From contig NW_019029002.1 of the NCBI RefSeq assembly GCF_002105155.1, forward strand, positions 186,001-250,000: a DNA stretch of 64,000 nucleotides, read 5' to 3'. Position 1 is the stretch's first letter. The number at the start of each line of letters is the position of its first letter. Of the stretch, positions 40,949-51,100 are shown in pieces. Below the pieces are notes generated by a model. It did no database searches. It was not told the DNA's origin and saw only the letters and a list, made by a program, of their open reading frames with translations. The translations under genes were made by a program, and so were the position numbers. The stretch is from Lobosporangium transversale (taxonomy: Eukaryota).

Positions 40949-41464
40949 GGCGGACATCCGAACCCGAGAAGTTGCCCAAAATACAAATAAATGTAAGATA
41001 TTCGAAGGTCCAAGCTACATCCGAAGGCTCTCAGAAAGTAAGTTGTTGCCATAACTAATCTTTTAAAATATATTCTGATGAATAGATGCGAGACTCGAGC
41101 AACAAATCTAATTAAAAACATTCTAACTATCACAAAGCTGAAGTCCTTTTGCCCGGTGATTTGATAGGCTGTTTAAAATTTATTTATTAAAGACATTGAC
41201 TACTTATCTGAGGATAGACTTCATGTGAGACACTGATGCGGCTGGTCAACCTATAACCAGACCAACAGACACCACTGCTGCCTTCGGATTATAATGCCAA
41301 ACACCCAATACATATACTACGGGTTCATTAAAACACACTGTTCGGCCTGCAGCCCACTAATATCAAACACTCCCAAATTGGGCATCTCTTTTTTAAAAAG
41401 TGCGATTAAATTCGAACAGGATTTATCTGGGTGGCCAAATCAGTTTCGAGCTCGGATGTCCGCC
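40949..41464. repeat. E2 left long direct repeat (516 bp) with 13-bp TIRs GGCGGACATCCGA...TCGGATGTCCGCC
   Basis: Only one substitution noticed versus 51529-52044. Confidence 0.97.
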
Positions 41465-41557
41465 TTGTGGTATCCCTTCTTTCGTTTTCGGTCCTCATGA
41501 TACCCGAATTCTCATATGATAACACATTCCTACGGAAGAAGGGATAGTTAAACTAGA

Positions 41558-42943
41558 TCAAAACTCGCGTTTGGAGTTCCAGTAGTCATCAATGGCGCGA
41601 GTCTGATTAAAGCTGCTGAGTGGCTCCCATGAATTGTCACATTTATTGTAGCCCTTCCATTGAACAAGATATTCTACTCCATCCCCTTCTCCTCGGTGCT
41701 CTATTATCTTTTTGATTTCATATGCAGTTTCTATATTGCTATCACCCATTTCATGATCGTTGTCAACATTTGAGGTAGTAGTGATACCGAGATTTAAAAA
41801 AGCATCCTGAAGCTGATACATGCTTCGAGCATCTTTGATTTCTACAACATAGCTTGGAGCAGTGGGAATTTGAGAAATGTTTGCCTCAGTGCCATCTGGA
41901 TAGTCGAAGTTCTCTTGCATCCAGAAGCTGTGATGTGGCTCTATAGTTATATTACGTAAGGCAACCATGCGTTTGATATTGAGAAGTAGGCAGCATAGCT
42001 TAAATTGCAGAGAGAAAATACTCTTTTCAGATACCCTCTTCACCACAGTATGACTGAATTTGGTGAAGATGGTCTGCATTTCTCCGAAATAACTTTCAAT
42101 CCTAGAACGAAAACTCCCAACCATTTCGTTATACTTTTTTTCCTGGTCTGTAAATGCTATCCCTCTTGTCTTGCGGACTGGACAGCAGAAGTTTGTTGAT
42201 TCCAGTTGGTCACTGTGTTCAATGATCCCATGTAGGAATTGCGAATAGCCTCCATCCAGGGTAATACAGTCAAGGCGATCGATTTTCTTCTCAATGGCCA
42301 TTTTGGAGAGCATGGTTCCATCACTAAAATCACGGCATTCGGCGGGTTGTGATACAAACACAATCATGCTATTCATATCACAGCATACTTGTGTGCGGAA
42401 CCCAGACTTTTTGAGTTTGTATGAATACAAACTGGCTTTATCTGCATTTAGGTATGCCACTCGACTATCATGGCCATCGATGTGAAGTGTAATATGTTTG
42501 AACTCCTCTGGGTTGATGGATCGTGATGTGAGCAGACGCAAGGTAATACTTGAGGACATGTTAGCAAGACAGGACGTTAACTTTGAATCCAGGGTATGTG
42601 TTTCCCTGCCAAAAAAATCTTTATACACATCATGGAATGAACTCTTGGGTAAAAATACACTCATCTCAGAGGTCGAAACCCCTTTCAATAACATGTACAG
42701 TATTAGGATGCCTTTCTCAACATTTCTGTAAGGGCCAGGATAATTCCTCGTGCCAAAAATCACTGTCAAGAAAAAGAACACTGGAACGATGCCCAGACGG
42801 TGCTGCACAAAGTCTTTGGCCTTCTCTATATTTTCCACACTCTTGATCTCAGTACGGTGGAATTTGCTCCGCTTCAAAATGGGCCAGTCCTGGTGCAGGA
42901 ATCCCCATTGAGTTGATATCAATCTGTCAAACTCTGCATCCAT
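41558..42943 (-). CDS. PIF/Harbinger-type DDE transposase with C-terminal chromodomain
   Basis: LHIDGHD, ITLDGGY, FRSRIESYFGE; YEIKKIIEHR...EYLVQWKGYNKCDNSWEP chromodomain; intact 461 aa. Confidence 0.9.
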   Translation of the reverse strand: MDAEFDRLISTQWGFLHQDWPILKRSKFHRTEIKSVENIEKAKDFVQHRLGIVPVFFFLTVIFGTRNYPGPYRNVEKGILILYMLLKGVSTSEMSVFLPKSSFHDVYKDFFGRETHTLDSKLTSCLANMSSSITLRLLTSRSINPEEFKHITLHIDGHDSRVAYLNADKASLYSYKLKKSGFRTQVCCDMNSMIVFVSQPAECRDFSDGTMLSKMAIEKKIDRLDCITLDGGYSQFLHGIIEHSDQLESTNFCCPVRKTRGIAFTDQEKKYNEMVGSFRSRIESYFGEMQTIFTKFSHTVVKRVSEKSIFSLQFKLCCLLLNIKRMVALRNITIEPHHSFWMQENFDYPDGTEANISQIPTAPSYVVEIKDARSMYQLQDAFLNLGITTTSNVDNDHEMGDSNIETAYEIKKIIEHRGEGDGVEYLVQWKGYNKCDNSWEPLSSFNQTRAIDDYWNSKREF

Positions 42944-43008
42944 TGTATAACATCACTAGCTATTATAGATATATATTCATTTAAAGATTATATTTTGGGA
43001 TTTGCTCT

Positions 43009-43090
43009 GCGGACCAGGGGCCAACTTGCAAGCTCTCTCTTAGAAAAGAATTTGTAAGTTGGCCCCGGATAAACTGGTCGGGTAAATATG
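43009..43090 (+). repeat. E2 hairpin site 1 (orientation A, 'flip' core)
   Basis: GCGGACCA-GGGGCCAACTT-GCAAGCTCTCTCTTAGAAAAGAATTTGT-AAGTTGGCCCC-GGATAAACT...GGGTAAATATG. Confidence 0.95.
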
Positions 43091-43386
43091 TTAAAAAATA
43101 AAAAGATAGCCCTCGGGAGGGAGCAGGCGAGTGGCAGACGAGAGATACGTTATACTCGACTTTTTAATAAAAGCGGAAATAGGCACATTTTTAAATCAAA
43201 ATCTTGTGTTCTTTATTTTTAAAAAGTGCATAACATATAATGCAGTCAGCGCGAGGTCATTGAGTGTTGGTGTTGTAGATGCGAGTGATATATTCGATCA
43301 TCTCCTCCTCAGTCTTCTTTTCCTACCGAAGGTCCTATCCACTAAGCGTGGGGCTGGAGGATTGCAGAATGCTGTGGGCCTTCAGG

Positions 43387-44170
43387 CTAATCGCTTTCTG
43401 GGCTGGGAGCAACAGCAGGAGTGGTGGCAGTGGCTGGACTGGCAGCGGCAGCTGGGCCGTCCCTAGTATAGGTATGGAAAACCTTTGTGATATACCCAAT
43501 CATCTCAGCTTCAGTGTTATTCTCGCTTCGAAGTACAAAGCTACGGTTATTAAGCTTGATCGGGGCATCTTTGTCGCGCCTCATATGCTGAATGACATTA
43601 TCTCCTCTTGGCGACGGATCAAATCGCAACTCCTTAACCTCAATAGCATCAAGCTCAGGGTTGTCGGTAATAAATTGCTTGACTCTACCGTCGATAAGCT
43701 TCCGTTGTTGAGCAAAGATGCGAAATCCTCCAACTGGCAATGGTTGAGGCTTCTGGAACTTTAAAACAACAAAGATCTCCTGGTCTTTAGATGGACGCGG
43801 TAAAACTCGATTCTGGTTGGCTTCTTGGAGTGCGCGCTCGCAGTTGACAAAGGCATCTTTAACGTTCTGCAGTTCGAGCTTAGTCTCAGCGTGGCTAGAT
43901 AACTCCTTATCAAGCTCCGCCTTGGTCCCTTGGCGCGCATACTCACTGTTGGCAAGAGCGAGTTTAGAGTTTTTCAACTCCAGTTCTTTCTCTTCCAAAT
44001 TGGATAGAGCTGTGTCAAGATCCGATTGAGTGGATTCCAGGTCATCCTTGGCATCCATAAGGTCTAGCTGCGTATTTCGGAGTTCAAGTGAGGGCTGCAA
44101 CCTTCTCTTGCAGTCTTTCAATACTGGACTCTTGTGCTGGTCTGGCGGGTCTGGTGGTGGTGGTGGTCAT
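43387..44170 (-). CDS. Coiled-coil + DUF3627-like protein; apparent frameshift near 44090
   Basis: ATG 44170 gives MTTTTTRPARPAQESSIERLQEKVAAL, which shifts into LELRNTQLDL...; homolog of 23058-23621. Confidence 0.65.
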
Positions 44171-44506
44171 AGTTCAAAATTGTTTTTTGGGTGAAGTAAT
44201 TAAGAAAGTTTTGAGTGGCATAATTTCAAAAGGCCACGGTTTAAATTGCAAATTTCGACAGAAATTGGTTGAGCTGGCATAATTTAATTGGTTCAGGTAA
44301 GGAAAATTGGGAAGGAAAAGAGGTGATTTGGCAGAATTCCATTGGACGAATTTTTTTTTTAAAAAAAGAAAAGGAAGGAAAAGGAAGCAAACTCACGTCA
44401 CAGGGTGAAGGATTTTATTTTAATGACTTTAAAAAGCACTATCTCGTTTTGGCGAACCTGAGCCACAGCCGGAAATTTTTTTTTCGGTGCATTTGAACAG
44501 CTTCAT

Positions 44507-44600
44507 GCGCACGGGCCAGGCTTGGCGGTGGCCAACTTACAAATTCTTTTCTAAGAGAGAGCTTGCAAGTTGGCCACCGGCTAAACTACGGGTAAATATG
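44507..44600 (+). repeat. E2 hairpin site 2 (orientation A, 'flop' core)
   Basis: GCGCACGG...CGGTGGCCAACTT-ACAAATTCTTTTCTAAGAGAGAGCTTGC-AAGTTGGCCACCG-GCTAAACTACGGGTAAATATG. Confidence 0.95.
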
Positions 44601-44847
44601 GTGACTGGATCGCACGGCCACCACTACCACCACTTTTTTGCATTTTTAAAAAAAAAAAAAAAAATTTATTACTGAGATGTCGATTGTGTTACCATTCGCC
44701 TCCAGAAATAAATGCTCTTGAAGACCAGCTCAAATTCCATATAAATACACCCAACTTGTGGAGGACCTTTTCTGCTCTATTTAATTCTATTTTCTAAATA
44801 CGACAATTAAAAAGGTGACCAACATTTGCATCATTGCGTGGTGGATT

Positions 44848-45016
44848 GGACGTATCTGGCACGATCTGGACTAATAATTAGCGAAGCCACTTCTTAGCGA
44901 CAGCCGTGGACAGCACGTGACAATCCTGTCGGGGTATGGACATATCTGGCACAATCTGGACTAACAGTTGGCAAGCCACCTTTTAGCGACAGTTGTGGAC
45001 AGCATGCGACAATCCC
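44848..45016. repeat. Imperfect 90-bp tandem duplication upstream of the E2 cargo gene
   Basis: GGAC.TATCTGGCAC.ATCTGGACTAA...AAGCCAC...TTAGCGACAG..GTGGACAGCA.G.GACAATCC starting at 44848 and 44938. Confidence 0.85.
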
Positions 45017-45353
45017 GGGTAGCAAAATTTCTTTCACTACGCCACAAAGAAACAAATGCTGATGTCTGGCAAGAAATTTGCGACCGTAAATTTATAAACA
45101 TTTAAGCTGTCACAATAAAACTCTCATGGAATTTTTTTTGGAAAAATGCATTTGAAGTATGTGGGACCTAATCAATATGTCTTTTTTTGAAATTTTAGAT
45201 ATAACAGTCACAAATGTGACATGATGCTAAAAATAGATGGTTTTTTTTTGAAAAAAGAAAAATTCTCACACTTCTTCTCACACTTCTTCTCACACTTCTA
45301 CAACTTTTCAATCACACACTTTATTCCCAAGTTTTCCTTTCGCCCTGAAAATA

Positions 45354-47208
45354 ATGATTTCAAAAGCAGAATTTCTCCGCAACACCAAGGCAACTGAGCC
45401 CTATCACATTATTGAACCATTCGTACGATTATTTGGAATTAAGGATACAGAAGAATTTTTAAGTGTTATTTCCGCCGCCTTGACGGAGCTCCTTGATGTA
45501 AATTACGACAATAATGACCAGGAACTATATCAACAATGCAAACGCTACGCTCGATGGAAACAAGTTGTTGAGGTATAGAGGCCCGAGATAGTATTAAATA
45601 ATTCATATTTGAACGCCTCTAATGTATGACCAAGCAGACCGTAACACGATCTCTTATTGTTATTTATAGTCAAAGACATTCCGCACGTCTTGTACCAAAT
45701 TTTTCGCTAAGAAGACTGCCGCCGCGACGTCTACCCCTGCTACCACTGCCAACACATTTCGTCGCTCGGACCGAATTAAGGAGATCCAGTCACCAGCAGC
45801 GCCTGTGAAATCCCTAACTGAGGAGGAAATACGGATTGATGGATTATTTTTAAAAAAAGACACGGAAACGATCGGACAAAGGATCAAACAGAGAGCTCTG
45901 GACCTAGAAGCTACTGTAACATCACCTGAGTTCAAAGATGTACACGAGCGCCGGATCTTTTCTCTTGGAGCCTCGTCAATTCTGGATCTAGTAGATATGT
46001 CAAACGAGAGTCAGCTTTTCGATGTATTTCCCAGTAAGAGTGATCAGGATGAGTTAATGACGATGTTTGCTCATCTAAGCATGAAGAGATCCATTAATGC
46101 ACCTGAACCAACTGAGTTGCTGACACATTGGGATATCTGCAGTGCGATTGCTTCTAAAGATGGGCTTGCTGAAGCACGATCCTACCTATATCGAGAGATG
46201 GGAGCCTGTCTGCCGAGCTTTGCGGAGAATCTCAAGCCTCTCCTGATAATGATTGACGCCCTCCTATGTTATCCCAAGATATTTGCACAAGAGTATGACG
46301 TAACGGAGCAGGACTTAATGAATGTTCTTTGGAGCCCGATGCTGTCTTCCTTATTTCTCCGGCAGCAGAGTGAAACTGGGATTAGGATAAAAGGAGGAGA
46401 TTCGACACAGGTAGCGTCAAACATCGAGAAAAGAGAATTCTACGATGACGGACACGCTATTGCCTTCAAAATAGATTCTCGGATCATAATAGATGTTTCC
46501 CGAAAGGGTGAAATCGACATTGCAGCCGTCGAGGTTGCTCCCAATTGCCAAGAGACCAAAATTTTTTCAGATGGGGCCAAAGTCCTCCGAGAGGCGAAGG
46601 AGATAGTAAATGGCTTGACCAAAATTTTTCCGGATGACGAAAACTTTCTCAAGAATACGATTGGTTACGGCGTTCAGATAGGGAATCTGTCTGGGTCGAT
46701 ATTTTCTCTGCATCTAGTTGCTCCGAAGCTATATGTAGCATGGCCAGAACATACATTCTGCCTTCCTGATTCACGAGGATCCTTGGATCGATTCAAGGAA
46801 GTCATTATAGCACTATCTTGGTTTCAACAGGCCGTCCAAGGCACCGCCATGAATATCAAATCAGCTCTTTCAGTGCAGAAAACAGTCGGAGCACTCTATG
46901 GCCACGGCTACAGCCATAAACCACTGGGTCAAAAGCAGTGGACTAACCCAACCTGGTTTGAACCATCAAAACCATCTAAGGCTCGGCCAATCCAGGAATT
47001 AATGAGGGTGGTGCACCCCATTCAGACTGCAATTAGTCCTCAATCAAGCGAAGACCTAAATAAGCAAACCCATGCGAATGCTACATATGACAGTAATGGA
47101 TGGGCCATTGTAGTGGCCAAAGATGGCCGACCAATGTACTTTAACAAGCATACACTGCAGTATCTTGAGGAACGTGGTGGCAAAAAAGCCAAAATGGACG
47201 TAGCTTAA
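45354..47208 (+). CDS. E2 cargo: putative PD-(D/E)XK/REase-fold protein with WW-like C-terminus (intron 45573-45669)
   Basis: Exon 1 splices in frame into ORF 45805-47208; EQDL...LWSPML, FKIDSRII...EIDIAAVEVA...KIFSDGAKVLREAK; tail NGWAIVVAKDGRPMYFNKHT. Confidence 0.6.
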
Positions 47209-48017
47209 TATATCAGGTAATCTATACTCTTGCTTTTCATACATGCATCTGACGTTATTCTACTTGAATTCAGTCTTGTTTTTTTTTTAAAAAAAAAAAA
47301 AAACAAAGGGTATTTTCTCGCTTCGCATTTGTATTTTCTTCTGATATTCAGATAGCATAGTGAGACCTGCACCCAATCTTATGTAGAAGTATTCCTGTTT
47401 TACGAAATAAATCAGCCATTCACAAAGACTTAGCATATCTGGTGTCCTCGAGACTCACGAGGACGAAGTGCGGGGAAGCAGCTGTGGTCGAAAGCCATTG
47501 TCTTTTTTTTAAAAAAAAATGTAACCCGAGACTTTTCGAATTAATGGATGCCTGGGCTCCAACTGCTGGGCCGCTCCCAAAGCTATGTAAGACTCGCTTC
47601 GGCCTCTTCCACTTTTTTTTCAGCCAAGGCTCGCGAGAGCGCATATATCCAATAAGCGGAAGAAATTATTTGACAAGGGTCCCAATCAGTCAGCTCAACT
47701 TTGATATTGGATCCCGGATGTCCAAAATGGCCCACGATAATTCCAATAAAATAACAAGATATTTTCAAAAATCCGGAAGATTACGTCTTTGAAAATGCTG
47801 TGCTGTTGGTCATATTATATTTGCATCAGTTCACAGCCCATAATCACCCCGGATCATACTAGGGTCGACACAGACCCGGGGCAGTTTGTTCAGTTGCAAA
47901 AGGATTAGACTGGGATTATAAATTAAAGTTATTTGTATTAATAATAATAAACTTGGGGATTTCTTTTTTTTTAAAATGCAAAAAAGTGGTGATAGTGGAG
48001 GCCTTGTGATCCAGTCC

Positions 48018-48115
48018 CATATTTAGCCGGCCGAAGGACCTGACAGTTTAGCCGGGGCCAACTTGCAAGCTCTCTCTTAGAAAGAAATTTACAAGTTAGC
48101 CCCTGGTCCGTGCGC
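48018..48115 (-). repeat. E2 hairpin site 3 (orientation B, 'flop' core)
   Basis: AGTTTAGCC-GGGGCCAACTT-GCAAGCTCTCTCTTAG...-AAGTTAGCCCC-TGGTCCGTGCGC. Confidence 0.95.
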
Positions 48116-48192
48116 AGGGAATGATTTCAAAAATTAAATAACTGAATATAAATTTTTTATATGTATATACAACAAGACGCACATTATAAACA

Positions 48193-51100
48193 ATGTACAA
48201 ATTTGGAGCCACATTCTACTCGCAAAAGCAACAGGGCCTTAGGCCACAGGCAGCATCTTTCAAGAGAGCTGATGAGGCTCAGAACACATTTCTTGTTGCT
48301 CATCAATTCAAGCTCAACTCGGAGGGCAAACCGCTTTGGGCATTTGGTAGCTACAAAAATCTGCAGAGCTTCCTGGAATGCACAAAGTATGTACCAGCCA
48401 CTGAATGCTTCTTCTTTGAGCAAATCCGCGATGGGACATCTTGCTGGGAATACTACGACCTGGAATGGGATCCCTCAAAGACAGAGGACACTGAGGAGAC
48501 AATCTTCTCAGATTTTTTGCAGCAAAGGAATGCCTTCTGTCTAGAATATGAGGTCTTAGCTTCTGAGTGCCGCATCTTGAGTGCATCAAATGCTGAAAAA
48601 GGGTCAATGCATATCATCTTATCAGGGTCTGGATTCAAGTTCAGAGACAACACATGCCATATGAAAAACTTTATGGACGCCTTCCATTTGATGGTTAAAG
48701 AACATCCACTTTCAAAACACATTGATTGGATTGTCTACACAAAGAATCGAAACTTCAGATGCATCAATAGTGCTAAGCGCCATGATCCAACAAGGGTTCT
48801 CCGACCTGCAATTTGGCACAATGCCTCCTGCTCTGCACCTGAGAGTGAGTTTTTTGTCACCAATGTGAGTGCTGATGCCACAGATATTGTGCATTGTCAT
48901 CTTGCAGCAAGCAAAGGTGCTAGAAATAAAGTACCTCAAGTACAGGGGTCTGAGCAGGATCAAGACCAAGAGCAAAACGAAAAGTTGCCACCTAGTGTGA
49001 TTAAAGCAATAAATACCATGCTTGCAAATATGGATTGCTTGTCACAGTTCAAGATTGGCGAATCTCATAACAATCGTATGCACCTGAAGCGTATAAGATC
49101 AGGGCACTGTCAAATATGTAATAGGATCCACGACAATGACAATGCATATGTGACAATTGCAGATCAGGGGAAAGTGTACCTCCACTGCTATAGGGTGGAT
49201 GCAAATTCCAGGCGTGATGGACTTCAAATTGGCAAACTGGATTTTCCAAGCATGATCGCACTTCGAGTACATAGGGCACAGACCAATCAAGAAGAAACAA
49301 TCACTGCGAACAAACATTGCTCACTTCGCCATTTGGAGTATAAGAAAGTTATGAAGCTGCTGCAAAACCAGAAACAGAGTCTTGTGATCCGCAGTGAACC
49401 AGACACTGCTAAGACCTCTTTTGTTGAAAGTTTTATGGATAGGCACAAGAACTTAGCATACATTTTTGTGTCTCCTCGACAATCACTAGCACGCAATCTA
49501 GAGAAGCGCCTTGAGCTAAGGAGCTATCTTAGTTTCCCTGGGCCTGTCTCTGGGAAGCGCGTGATCATTCAAGCTGAGTCCTTATATAAGCTTGACCTTG
49601 AATACTATAGCATGGATGTGGTCCTGGTCTTGGATGAGGTCTGCTCTATTTTTGAACAGATGACAAGTGTGGGCACCATGAAAGGCCGCCATGGCGCAAA
49701 CAATCAAGTCCTAGAAGAACTTATGCGCAAGTCCAAGAGGGTAATTGCCTTGGATGCTGATGTGACAGACCGAGAGGCTGAAATCATCAAGTCTGTGAGG
49801 AGCGATGTTTTTGTCATTCACAACACTTTCAAGCCACAGCAAGGGCATCAAGTTGTGTGCTTCCAGCATAAAGAAGTCTTAGAGTCTCATGTTATTGATC
49901 TTGTAAAATCTGGTCATAAGGTCTGGATATCAACCACACACTCAGCTGAAGATGCCGAGACCCTGCATAAGACACTGCAGAAAATGGGCAGAAGGGGTGT
50001 CTGTATCACAAAGAACACATCTGATGCTGATAAGATTGGCATCTCACAAAATATCAACAAAATTGTGCTGGACCTTGACTATTTCATTCACACTCCGACC
50101 ATCACAGTTGGTATAGACTGCAATGTGAAGCATTTCAACTATGTCGTGGGGTTCTTTGAAGCACAAACTGGCGTCATTGTTGAAACATGTAGACAGATGT
50201 TGCGACGACCGCGAAATGTCAGCACTCAAAAATATCTCATCTATATCAAAAATGTAACTAGCAATCTACCCACCACTTTCAGAGAGATTGTTGAGTATAT
50301 GGAAAGCCAGGAAGTGCGACTGAATGGATGTGAATTAGACATAAGTGGATTTCCTTATATATCTCAAATGGGTCAGCCTCCATCCGTTGACTTGAAAGTG
50401 CTATATGCATTAATATACATGCAGACACTCATCAAGAAGCACTTGACAAAGAATGACTTTTATCAACGCTTTATTGACCAAATGGTCCAAGTTGGCTGCA
50501 GTGTACAGGAAGCTGACTCGCATCTGTGTAAAAACGATGAATATACTGTGGAACTAAACCAAAACAAGAAAGAGCTGCTACATATCAAGTACACAGGAAT
50601 TTCGAAAGCTAGGGTCCTTGATACTGAGGAGTTTTCTCGGTTAGATGTACAAAACAGTCGAACACAGGAGGAACAATATGCTGTGACGAAGTATAAGCTA
50701 ATGGAGACCTACAGTGTACAAGATGCATCTCTTTTGACTCCTGATTGGGTTGAGAAATATGACAAACCTCGAGAGAAGAAGATCTATAAGAATCTTGCTA
50801 TGTTGAAAGAGGACCCCACACTTCAAATCTTGCGACAAGAAGATAGATTGGGTCTCAAATGTGGCAAAGCTACAGTTGGGGTTCACACACTGGGAAATTC
50901 GAGATACCTCAGGTTTAAGTATGCAAAAGACATTCTTGACAGCTGTGGATTTGATTCGCCATTTGATGACAGAGAGATGTCAGCTGAGGAGCTCAAGAGA
51001 AAAATAGATCTTCGTTGGTCAGATTTGGTCAAGGACGGAAGTATGAGAGACATCTGCACTCAGCTGGGGATTAGATGCCCCTCACACAACAATTGGGACT

